A DNA stretch of 64,000 nucleotides from Candidatus Poseidoniales archaeon (GTDB lineage: Archaea; Thermoplasmatota; Poseidoniia; Poseidoniales; Thalassarchaeaceae): NCBI GenBank assembly GCA_028283505.1, contig JAPOFX010000001.1, positions 8,197 through 72,196 on the forward strand, given 5' to 3'. The notes under the pieces were generated by a model. That model was not told where the DNA came from and searched no databases. It saw nothing but the letters and a program-made list of their open reading frames with translations. A program made the position numbers and the translations under genes. The first letter of the stretch is position 1; each line of letters starts with the position of its first letter. This document shows, in pieces, positions 48,486 through 57,538 of this stretch.

Positions 48486-49304
48486 GTGAGGCATATGGCC
48501 GACGCCTTTGCGATGCCCAGCCTACCTCCAGCATCCCCATGGGATGCTTACATTCTGATGCTATTAGTCCCCTTCATAATGAGACTTGTATTTGTTGCAC
48601 CTCCCCTGATGGATCTTGTCAACACCTATGCCCCCCCTGGTGAAAGGACAAAGCATGTCAGGTGGTTCCTCGAACAGATCAAATTGTTGCCAATTAAGGG
48701 CTTCTGGTTGATCGTCCTCAACGAAACTCTGTCATTCTTGTTGCCAGCGCTAATTGCGTTATCTACACGTTATTTCCTTGGCCCAATTGGCTGGCCAACT
48801 TGGGAGGATACTCCTCGTCTAGGGGTCATCCTTCTGTTGGTTGCTGGAGCAATTTGGCTACTATCGGACTTCTCAAAAGTTATGAGGTCCAGAAGGGATA
48901 TTCAGTCAATTGCCAAGTACAATCTGTCAACAGCAAAGATGGTGGTTCAAGGAGCAGTTGTAGGCAGGAGCATCCTCCAGAACGTTAGTGATTCAGGTAT
49001 TCCTAGGCCTTGGAGGGAAATAGTGGATGTGGAATTCGAAGTTGATGGAGAGACTACAATCGTTCGAGAAAGCAATCCAATGACTGAGGTGATATATTCT
49101 CTGCTTGACAGGGGGGCGGATGCATTAGAGGAAATTCTTGGAAGAGTAAAGGAACCAGCCAACGCTGCTATTGAAAAACTCGATAGAGAGATTCAGGATA
49201 GAGTAACAGAACGGGTCCAAGCGTCGGCAAAGTCATTATTCCAGAATATAATCTTCTCAATAGCGCCAATAGCGGTTCTGATAGGTCTAGACCAACTCAT
49301 TTAG
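48486..49304 (+). CDS. Hypothetical membrane protein
   Basis: 272 aa. It has three or more N-terminal TM helices, then a soluble region, then a C-terminal TM helix. Confidence 0.35.
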   Translation: MRHMADAFAMPSLPPASPWDAYILMLLVPFIMRLVFVAPPLMDLVNTYAPPGERTKHVRWFLEQIKLLPIKGFWLIVLNETLSFLLPALIALSTRYFLGPIGWPTWEDTPRLGVILLLVAGAIWLLSDFSKVMRSRRDIQSIAKYNLSTAKMVVQGAVVGRSILQNVSDSGIPRPWREIVDVEFEVDGETTIVRESNPMTEVIYSLLDRGADALEEILGRVKEPANAAIEKLDREIQDRVTERVQASAKSLFQNIIFSIAPIAVLIGLDQLI

Positions 49305-50585
49305 GATTCTTTTCTCGCCAGGAGTAGCAAACAAAATCCAAAACATTCCCGCCAGTATCTGCAATGCTCCAGTTGCGACAATAGTCTCTCGCAACGTAAG
49401 GATACCATTTTCTAGGATTAGTCCGGCAGCAACTGTGGATAGTCCCATTGTGAGCGTGATTCCCAGAGAATCAGTTCCAAAGACCCTACCTAGCCACGCA
49501 TCCTCGGATCTCTGCTGAAGCATGGTGGTAGACAACACCCAGTTGACCCCGCTCGCAGCGTGTGAGATGAATACGTAAACTAGGATGATTACTGTCCACT
49601 CTGAAGCTGCGACTGCAATGTAGAATGCTCCACTAATCACCAATACTCCTCCCAGAAGGTATGGAATCATCATCCGATTGGCCATGACCCTTCTACTCAC
49701 TACGGGTCCGAATCCAGAACCGAAACCTCTGGCCATATACAGTATCCCAATCCCAGCTGCGACATCCCCAAAACCAGCTTCCTTCCCTATCAAAATCAAC
49801 AGAAATACCTGGGCCCCTCCCCCGGATGCCCACATCGCCTTGGCCAATACCACCCTCCTGATTGATGGCATGGAGAGAATGTAGCTCCATCCAGAGACGA
49901 TTTCACCAAGCATGGCTCTCGGAGAGAATAACCTTTGGGTGGACTTTTCCGGCCCACCATGCGGCAGAGAGAGAATGATCAGAATAGCGATTAGGAAAGT
50001 CAACGAGTCTATCCAAAGAGCTGTTTCAATACCATACTTGGAGATTGTTAATCCACCGATACCAGCACCTATCCCCATGGCCGCCGACCAACCTCCAGAA
50101 GAGAGTGCATTTGCTGACAATAGCTCCTCTTTGGTACAAATATTTGGTACGTAGGCAGACTCAGCATTAGATGAAATCGCCCTCCCCACGACCATTGCCA
50201 TTCCGAGGAGGTAAACAGACTCGAGAGATTCCAGCATCCCAAGAGCTAGTGCCGAAACTAGCATTACCAACGACCAAACGTTCCCCAGAACCATCAGCCA
50301 CTTCCTCGGATAGCGATCAGCGAGCATTCCGGTCAGTGGCTCTAGAGGGGCGAAAGTGAAACTCCTTGTTGCCAGGACCCCGGCAATGGCCAACGGGGAG
50401 TTGTCTGAGGCCTCGCCTGCCAATAGGAACAACGCAATCATGGAGAACCAGTCTCCAATGTATGAAATTTCGTTGGCAGTAAACAGCCTACGGTAAGGGC
50501 CATTAGATCTCAGAAGTCCAATGTAGCTAACCTCAGCCATGACAATGGCTGAGCGACCAGCCCTATGATTCTGGCCCCCCAACAC
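49287..50585 (-). CDS. Major facilitator superfamily transporter
   Basis: 432 aa with 12 predicted TM segments and an MFS-like loop between TM2 and TM3 (GMLADRYPRKW). Confidence 0.7.
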   Translation of the reverse strand: MLGGQNHRAGRSAIVMAEVSYIGLLRSNGPYRRLFTANEISYIGDWFSMIALFLLAGEASDNSPLAIAGVLATRSFTFAPLEPLTGMLADRYPRKWLMVLGNVWSLVMLVSALALGMLESLESVYLLGMAMVVGRAISSNAESAYVPNICTKEELLSANALSSGGWSAAMGIGAGIGGLTISKYGIETALWIDSLTFLIAILIILSLPHGGPEKSTQRLFSPRAMLGEIVSGWSYILSMPSIRRVVLAKAMWASGGGAQVFLLILIGKEAGFGDVAAGIGILYMARGFGSGFGPVVSRRVMANRMMIPYLLGGVLVISGAFYIAVAASEWTVIILVYVFISHAASGVNWVLSTTMLQQRSEDAWLGRVFGTDSLGITLTMGLSTVAAGLILENGILTLRETIVATGALQILAGMFWILFATPGEKRILNELV

Positions 50586-50596
50586 TCAAGACTCCC

Positions 50597-51154
50597 ATGC
50601 CGTCGTCGATACTCATGGAGGAGAGGCTGGTGTGGCTAGATCTGGAGATGACCGGCCTGGATCCAATCGAGAATAAGATAATCGAAATTGCTACGATAGT
50701 CACTGAGGGCGATTTAACCATTGTGTCGGAGGGCCCCTCCCTAGCAATCTCACAGCCAGAGTCTGAATTAGAGAAGATGGATGAATGGAATCTGACTCAT
50801 CACACCAGGAATGGCCTGTTAAAGAGAGTGAGGTCTAACGGAGTCCCAATAGCGGAAGCTGAGAGGCTTACCCTAGAATTTCTGATGGAACACTGCCTCG
50901 CCGGAGTCCCCCCTCTATGCGGGAATACTATCGGCCAAGATAGGAGGTTTCTGAGGAGGTATATGCCGGAACTGCACGAATTCTTCCACTACAGGAGCGT
51001 AGATGTGACGTCCGTGAAGGAAATTGTGAACAGATGGTATCCAGACTCACCCAGGTTCTCAAAACCATCAGGCCACAGGGCATTGGATGATATCAGAGGC
51101 AGTATAGAGGAGCTATCCCACTTCAGAGAACACGTCTTCAAGGACTCGAACTAG
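50597..51154 (+). CDS. orn: Oligoribonuclease (DEDDh 3'-5' exoribonuclease)
   Basis: [13 protein letters not shown]...[13 protein letters not shown]...[11 protein letters not shown]...H (cf. E. coli Orn [27 protein letters not shown]). Confidence 0.8.
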   Translation: [185 protein letters not shown]

Positions 51155-51860
51155 GGCTGATAGGAACTCCCCTGTTGTCGGTGATTACTAGATTCACACC
51201 TAATCCTGTTCTGTGGAATGCAATAATCTCCAGACTATGAATAATATGCCCGGTGGTTGCTCTTCCGATGTGTGGAAGGCTGTCTAGATATTGGGTCTTA
51301 CCCAATATCGGATCACTCGTAGAAAGCTCCCTTCTCTTTCCTACGACATCCTCGAACCATGGCAGGGCTCCCTCGGGAGAGAATCTCACTCCCAAGATCA
51401 TATCACAACCCTCTGTCCATTGGGCTGCTTCGGCGTCGGCACCGCTTGGAACTGCCACTGCATTAGGATGCGAATGTATCCAATGAGTGAACCTCCCCCC
51501 TCTTGAGCCTCTGTCCCCAGCGAATGAATCATCAATCCATTCCTCCGGTACGTGATGGACTGAGAAAGAGTCCCCTCTATTCACTAGATGCGGTTTACCC
51601 ATTACATAACCCTGACCTGCAAACAATCCGGGTTGAAAATCCGTCCCAGTAAACTCTTCATCCACGTCAACCGGATGTGGCAACTCTAGATCCGGGTCTA
51701 TTCCTACCAGTATCTCATCGGGAAGGGATTTGAACGTCCAGTCAATTATCATGGAAAGGGTCCCCACCGGCATCAGCAGGATAGCCGCATAGTCATCGCG
51801 GAATTCTTTTGACCTTTGATTGTAGGAGACAGCAGCCTGCAACAACCAGTCATTTACCAT
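51138..51860 (-). CDS. JAB/MPN (JAMM) domain metalloprotein, putative deubiquitinase-like/desampylase-like isopeptidase
   Basis: 240 aa. It has the JAMM zinc motif HSHPNAVAVPSGAD (HxHx7Sx2D) with upstream Glu residues. It overlaps orn by 17 nt (convergent) and the downstream methyltransferase gene by 11 nt. Confidence 0.6.
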   Translation of the reverse strand: MVNDWLLQAAVSYNQRSKEFRDDYAAILLMPVGTLSMIIDWTFKSLPDEILVGIDPDLELPHPVDVDEEFTGTDFQPGLFAGQGYVMGKPHLVNRGDSFSVHHVPEEWIDDSFAGDRGSRGGRFTHWIHSHPNAVAVPSGADAEAAQWTEGCDMILGVRFSPEGALPWFEDVVGKRRELSTSDPILGKTQYLDSLPHIGRATTGHIIHSLEIIAFHRTGLGVNLVITDNRGVPISPSSSP

Positions 51861-52812
51861 GGCTCTGGGAGCGGGCCACTCGACTTGAGTTCAACGGATT
51901 CATGCAGCGTATATCCACAACTATGTGATCCCAGTGCGGGGCATAGCTCTTGATACGATTTATTTGCTCCACCCTCACATCGTAATCCTTGCCATAATCA
52001 CCGATTTCTGACACTAATCTTTCCCCCCAAGAAGAATACTCTCCAGACTTGGCCAATCCATGTATGTGCACCATGCCTCCATCCTCAGATAGGACCTCCA
52101 CCGCAGCGCTGATACTAGCTTCTGATGATGGCAGGAGGCCCATTATCACCCTATTCGCTACTCCACCTATTTTCTTCGAGGAATTTCTATTGTCTCCCCG
52201 ATGTATTGTGCACCTAGACTCGACACCATTCTCCTTAAGGCTCCACTCTAGACACTCTATCGCATCGTCATTCCACTCGCAACAGTGGACATGACGAGCT
52301 TCGGAGTGGACTAGGACAGGGAGTGAGTAGTAACCTATGCCTGAAAACAGGTCAACCACGACCTCGTCACTGCCTACTATCTCACCCATCCTCCTCCTCT
52401 CGTTAACGTTGCCAGCTGAGAACATGCACTTGGTCACGTGATAACCGTAGTCGACACCGTTCTCCCTCCTGACCACCCAGTCATCCTCTCCAAGAAGCAT
52501 CTTGACTCCGCTCTTGCGAGTTCTTCCAGAAACCTCGCCCATTATGCCCAGTCTCTCGACATCCAGTCCGTCAGCAACAGATTTCCAGAGTCCTGGGCCT
52601 CTTATTCCCTCCCAATTTCTCCCCTCGAAGGCTCCAGCTGGAAGAATCGCGAAATCGGAGAATCTCTCCCATTTTTTAGGAATTCCAGATGGGGGCTTTC
52701 TCCCAAGGAATGAGGAGATTGAATCGTACAGTCGTTCATGCGGTCCGCCTCGATTCATGTGTCCCGGAGTGAACATCACGGATTCAGACTTATGGTATAT
52801 CACACTCTCCAA
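51850..52812 (-). CDS. Trm5/Taw2-family class-I SAM-dependent tRNA methyltransferase/aminocarboxypropyltransferase
   Basis: 320 aa with a Met-10+-like fold, the SAM-binding motif VVDLFSGIGYYSLPV and the downstream NDDAIECLEWSLKENG segment. Confidence 0.7.
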   Translation of the reverse strand: MESVIYHKSESVMFTPGHMNRGGPHERLYDSISSFLGRKPPSGIPKKWERFSDFAILPAGAFEGRNWEGIRGPGLWKSVADGLDVERLGIMGEVSGRTRKSGVKMLLGEDDWVVRRENGVDYGYHVTKCMFSAGNVNERRRMGEIVGSDEVVVDLFSGIGYYSLPVLVHSEARHVHCCEWNDDAIECLEWSLKENGVESRCTIHRGDNRNSSKKIGGVANRVIMGLLPSSEASISAAVEVLSEDGGMVHIHGLAKSGEYSSWGERLVSEIGDYGKDYDVRVEQINRIKSYAPHWDHIVVDIRCMNPLNSSRVARSQSHGK

Positions 52813-52817
52813 GACCT

Positions 52818-55772
52818 GTGCGTCGAAGCATCGCGCTGGTCATGATTCTACTCCTGTCACCATTAGCACACGCCGCCCCTCCCCCGGGAGATGCGGAAGT
52901 AATCAATCAAATCTGCTCTACATGGGGAAACGGAAACGGAATCTGTGATGATTATGATTCCGAACTGGACTCTACTTACAATGATGAATGGATAGAAGGG
53001 CACGTTCTGATTTCAATGGATGGGGCCTCTTCGATACAGATGAGCCTGGAACTCGCCATTCATGAAATTCCAAGACATGAGCTGGGGCTATCAGACCTGG
53101 ACCTCCAGGGAGACAGCGTTCCTTCGGATGGAATCCCTGCTGACTACATCAGAAACTATCGTGATTTCTCCAGAGGTGGTCTCTCGGTTCAGGATAGGCT
53201 AATTGACAGGATAGAAGATGTAGTCCAAGGTATAGTGGATGAGAATTTTCCAAATGCGAGCACAAGTCCCATACAACCAACGTCAGAAATCAGCTTTTTT
53301 GACCGTCAGGAATCCACATGTACTTTCAATCCAGATATCGACTCAACTGACGAGGACAATGGAATAGAAAACGATCCATTCCAACCTCCGATATGCCTCC
53401 AGTCAGTTTTGACCCTGGAGGTAAATCCCGCAAATATCGGAATGGATCCAGAGACCGGGGACATTGATAGGGTAATGCGGGGACTGATGGCAATGGGAGG
53501 AGATGTAACCACGAACTTCTCTACACTCGCTAGATCAGGCCATTACATTGAATATACGATGTATCCGCCTTCATATGCCACCATTATTGAGGTGAACGAG
53601 CCGGCTGAAATATTCCAGCCAGAGAGCGAGCAAACACGACTTGAAGGTGCAAGGATTTCACTTGATAACCTGAATGGGGGACTTGGAGGAGAATCAATTT
53701 CATCAGAGTTGGTTGCAGTACTTGGAGATGATCGTGATAATCAGAATTGGGGTATTTTCTCTGGCCCTTCTTTAAGTCTCGATCTTCAAGTAGATCTGAG
53801 GGACAGCATGAACAGCCGTGTTGACTTAGGGATTGGAATACACCACCTTAGTGCTGAAACTCTTGATCAATGGGGCCTGAATCTAGAAACCCCGACAATA
53901 AAATTAGGCTCGGTTACCTCAGACGGAATCAGGATGTTTCATTCTGAGATGGACATTGATGTTGATCAGATCCTATCATCACTTCCCATCAACTCGCTCT
54001 CCGAATCATTTTCCCGTTCCTTGGGAGTGGATGTAGCGTTCCAGACTCCATCGTTCTCTCCAACAAACCACTCTGGAGGGATCATGTTCATTCACAGGCC
54101 GGGTGAAACTTGTGAGGAGGAAGTGTCCTACAGGTACTGCCTCGGGACAACTGGTTCAATGTCCAGTACATATCCAATAACGATACAATCTACTACCGTG
54201 CCGTCAGAAATGCAGATTTCTAGCCTCCTAGCCAAATTAATTCAGTATTCAGGAGGGGATGCTTCTCAAATTGACCTTTCACAGATGAACGACGAAGATT
54301 TAGCTACGATAATGAGCTTCCTGAGAGCCGAATTTGAAGTTGATATGGACTTCATAACTGACCTACTTCCTACTGACTTTCCTTCTTCGGAAATAAGTTT
54401 AACAATCCACTTGCCAGAATGGCTGCAATCCACCGGGACAAACACGGATTCTTTGGCATTTTCCTCGATAGACGGCCCCAGCACGGCACGAGACATCGAA
54501 ATTACTGGTTCTAGGCCATTTGACTGGATGCATTCAATCTGCAGGACCTCTGACCCATGCGAGGAGGACAGTATCGACCTTGTTTGTGCTTCGACACAGA
54601 AGACCTGCGTCTCTTTCTTGGTACAGGTTGATATTTCCAGAGTATCAATCCATGAGTTGACTGGCTCAGTTTCAATAGAATTCACCTCTGATATCGTCCT
54701 AGAGATTTACAGACTAGGGGCAGATTTGGAAATCGATGGCGTCGAAATGTCGCCGATCCCGTCAGATGCCATAAGGAGGATTCTGGTTATGGGGGATCGT
54801 ACAGAGGGAGGTTTGCTAGCCGGATCTGAGATTGAAGCAACGATCGATTTCGGTGTGGGTGAGCCGATAGAATTCGAAGTGTCAAATGCGGGACTCAGAA
54901 AGCTCTCCGACCATTTGACGAACTCGTACTCAGAAATGATGAGTGATTTTGGTGTGATATATTTGGATCAGAATGACCTCGGACTGGAGGGACTCTCACT
55001 CACAGCGGACTTGTCCTCAATGCCGTTTCAAGCTGACTTTGGTCCGGTATCGATCGGCCAGGGGCCAATAATCAGTGATGAAAATCCTGTCAGATTATCC
55101 ACCAAGGTGAGTAACGCAGAACTTAGCTTCTCACTAAGACAGGATGAGATTATTGTCGGAATCAACCCCAGATCCCTTTCTTCCTTTCCATCCATGGTAA
55201 TTTCATCTTTGCTCCCAACTCCGGTAATCACCGACTCAGGATTGTTAGTGGACGGCTCAGGGATAAAACAGAAGGTGACCCCGCTGATGGAGCACACAAA
55301 CTTCGGTACAATAAAGTCATCAGCACAGATTGAGATCATCCTACCCGATTCCATAAGATTGACTTCGTTTGAAAGCAAGAGGGGACTCGCTGAGATTTCA
55401 ACCTCGGATGGTAGGCAGGTCCTGTCTTACACCATGCCGACCTGTCTTACTGCAGAAACGTGGGATGAGTGCAGTAGTAGTCGTAATTCGGACATAATCA
55501 CTTATTCGGTCGAGTTCTCATGGGAGTTCTTGATTGGTGAGCTCGCCTCATACGTGTTCTTACTGTTTGTCTTATTGTCAATGATGACAACCAGAATTAG
55601 GAGAAAAAGAAGGGAGAGAAAGGCCAATAGAATCAGAAAATCAAAGGATATCGACGATGCCAAGATAGAGAGATTAATGGAGAATGAGTTCGGTAGGCTT
55701 TCTGACAATGTTGCCCTTTTGGATGAGAATGACTTAGAGGAACTGATTGTGGCCAAGAGTGATATTGACTGA
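52818..55772 (+). CDS. Large anchored surface protein, no recognisable domains
   Basis: 984 aa. Signal peptide MRRSIALVMILLLSPLAHAAPPPG. A long acidic Cys-containing ectodomain is followed by a C-terminal TM helix (YVFLLFVLLSMM) and an approximately 70-aa charged cytoplasmic tail (RIRRKRRERKANRIRKS...). Confidence 0.5.
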   Translation: MRRSIALVMILLLSPLAHAAPPPGDAEVINQICSTWGNGNGICDDYDSELDSTYNDEWIEGHVLISMDGASSIQMSLELAIHEIPRHELGLSDLDLQGDSVPSDGIPADYIRNYRDFSRGGLSVQDRLIDRIEDVVQGIVDENFPNASTSPIQPTSEISFFDRQESTCTFNPDIDSTDEDNGIENDPFQPPICLQSVLTLEVNPANIGMDPETGDIDRVMRGLMAMGGDVTTNFSTLARSGHYIEYTMYPPSYATIIEVNEPAEIFQPESEQTRLEGARISLDNLNGGLGGESISSELVAVLGDDRDNQNWGIFSGPSLSLDLQVDLRDSMNSRVDLGIGIHHLSAETLDQWGLNLETPTIKLGSVTSDGIRMFHSEMDIDVDQILSSLPINSLSESFSRSLGVDVAFQTPSFSPTNHSGGIMFIHRPGETCEEEVSYRYCLGTTGSMSSTYPITIQSTTVPSEMQISSLLAKLIQYSGGDASQIDLSQMNDEDLATIMSFLRAEFEVDMDFITDLLPTDFPSSEISLTIHLPEWLQSTGTNTDSLAFSSIDGPSTARDIEITGSRPFDWMHSICRTSDPCEEDSIDLVCASTQKTCVSFLVQVDISRVSIHELTGSVSIEFTSDIVLEIYRLGADLEIDGVEMSPIPSDAIRRILVMGDRTEGGLLAGSEIEATIDFGVGEPIEFEVSNAGLRKLSDHLTNSYSEMMSDFGVIYLDQNDLGLEGLSLTADLSSMPFQADFGPVSIGQGPIISDENPVRLSTKVSNAELSFSLRQDEIIVGINPRSLSSFPSMVISSLLPTPVITDSGLLVDGSGIKQKVTPLMEHTNFGTIKSSAQIEIILPDSIRLTSFESKRGLAEISTSDGRQVLSYTMPTCLTAETWDECSSSRNSDIITYSVEFSWEFLIGELASYVFLLFVLLSMMTTRIRRKRRERKANRIRKSKDIDDAKIERLMENEFGRLSDNVALLDENDLEELIVAKSDID

Positions 55773-55773
55773 C

Positions 55774-57525
55774 TCACCTGTCATAGTGCTCCCTAATTTT
55801 CTGAGCCATTAAAGTGCCTATTCCATCAACCGCTTTCAATTCATCAACACTAGCATGCTCAATACCCCTGCTCCCTCCAAAATGCCTTAGCAGAGACTGT
55901 ATTTTCTTGGCCCCCAAACCATCAATCTCTTCCAAAGGATCACTTATTGAGCTCTTGCGCCTCCTCTTACTGTGGTATTGGTTGACAAATCGGTGCGCCT
56001 CGTCTCTGGAATGTATCAAAACTCTGCCCCGCCTATCAAGAATCATTGGATCTTCGCCCTCGATAAAAAGAGTCTCTTCTCTCTTTGCTAGAGCCGCCAA
56101 CACAAATTTCCCAGATAATTTATTTTCCACAAGTGACCTACTAATCGTAGAAAGATGGGTCTCCCCCCCATCCAGAAGGAGTAGGTCGGGCCATTCTTTC
56201 TGCTTCTTAGCCCATCTTATCACAGACTCCTCCATCATCCTCAGATCATCTGCCCAATCTCCCCTGATCCTGTAAGTTCTGTACTCCCTCTTAGACGGCC
56301 TACCGTGTCTGAAAACCACCGACGCTCCTACTCTCTCCGAGCCCATGAGCTGTGCCATGTCGAAGCACACAATATGATTCATCGAATTTAGACCAAGTAA
56401 CTCAGCGCAATCATTAGCAGCTCTTTGCTCCAGACTACCGGAGCTATTCTTCTGAGCACTCACAACTAGAATCTCAGCGTTCCTATCGGCCATCATTCTG
56501 AGCTTGGAAAGGTCTCCTCTCAAAGGAACCCTTGCCTCAAATGCGCCACCTCTCCTTCCCTTCAACCACATCTGTGTAGCCTCCCCTATTTCTGTAGGAA
56601 GAAGAAGGATCTTTGGTGGTCTCCTGTGGGCGTAATGTTCTGATAGAACGAGTGAAACAGACTCGGAGACATCTCCTCGGTGAATCAATGGATACTCGGT
56701 CTTGCCTTGTACGACCCCATCCTTAGCATGCAGAATCACTACGACCCCGGTATCTCCGAGAGATGAGAATCCTATTGCATCACAATCTTGGTAGAATCTG
56801 CTATGGATTATCTGATGTGAAAGGCTACTCTGAATGGAAGCAATCATGTCTCTGAAATATGCTGCCCGCTCGTAGTTTAGACTCTCCGATGCCTCATCCA
56901 TCTCCTTCTGTAGAGAGCGGGTTAGTACAGTTGCGTTACCGTCTAGTACGCCTGTTACCGCTCTAACTATGTTCGGATATCCCTCAGGGTCGTAGCAGGG
57001 GCCCTTGCAGAGGTTGATGTGCATCGCAAGACAACCATCCTCGCCCTTGCAGCTCTTGTCTCTTATTCCGAATTGCTCCCTAAGTAATTGTATGATCCTC
57101 TTGGCAGCTCCTGCATTGGTGAATGGCCCCCAAGACCTTGCACCTTCAGGGGGGTGACGTGTGTACATTATCCTCGGGAACTCCTCCCTTGTCAGAGAAA
57201 TGTAAGGGTAAGACTTGTCATCCTTGAGTCTGGAGTTGAATTTGGGCTTGTGCTCCTTGATTAGATGCCTCTCCAGAGTCAAAGCCTCTGAAGGGCTTTT
57301 TGTCACAATGTAGTCTACCTCATCAGCCTGCTCAATCAGTCTTGGTACCATGACGCGACCGTCACTCCCAGAGAAGTAAGATGCCACCCTACTCCTGATC
57401 TCAGTAGCCTTACCTACATACATTACCCGACCATCATTGTTCCTGAATAGGTACACTCCAGGCTTGCGCGGGAGGTCCAAAGAGCCCTTCTCAACTGCCA
57501 TCTTCGCTGATGCGACGTAGGTCAA
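55774..57525 (-). CDS. uvrC: Excinuclease ABC subunit C (UvrC)
   Basis: 583 aa. It has an N-terminal GIY-YIG nuclease (PGVYLFRNNDGRVMYVGKA), a UvrBC-interaction region, an RNase H-like endonuclease domain and a C-terminal helix-hairpin-helix. Confidence 0.9.
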   Translation of the reverse strand: MTYVASAKMAVEKGSLDLPRKPGVYLFRNNDGRVMYVGKATEIRSRVASYFSGSDGRVMVPRLIEQADEVDYIVTKSPSEALTLERHLIKEHKPKFNSRLKDDKSYPYISLTREEFPRIMYTRHPPEGARSWGPFTNAGAAKRIIQLLREQFGIRDKSCKGEDGCLAMHINLCKGPCYDPEGYPNIVRAVTGVLDGNATVLTRSLQKEMDEASESLNYERAAYFRDMIASIQSSLSHQIIHSRFYQDCDAIGFSSLGDTGVVVILHAKDGVVQGKTEYPLIHRGDVSESVSLVLSEHYAHRRPPKILLLPTEIGEATQMWLKGRRGGAFEARVPLRGDLSKLRMMADRNAEILVVSAQKNSSGSLEQRAANDCAELLGLNSMNHIVCFDMAQLMGSERVGASVVFRHGRPSKREYRTYRIRGDWADDLRMMEESVIRWAKKQKEWPDLLLLDGGETHLSTISRSLVENKLSGKFVLAALAKREETLFIEGEDPMILDRRGRVLIHSRDEAHRFVNQYHSKRRRKSSISDPLEEIDGLGAKKIQSLLRHFGGSRGIEHASVDELKAVDGIGTLMAQKIREHYDR

Positions 57526-57538
57526 CGCCCATGAACCC

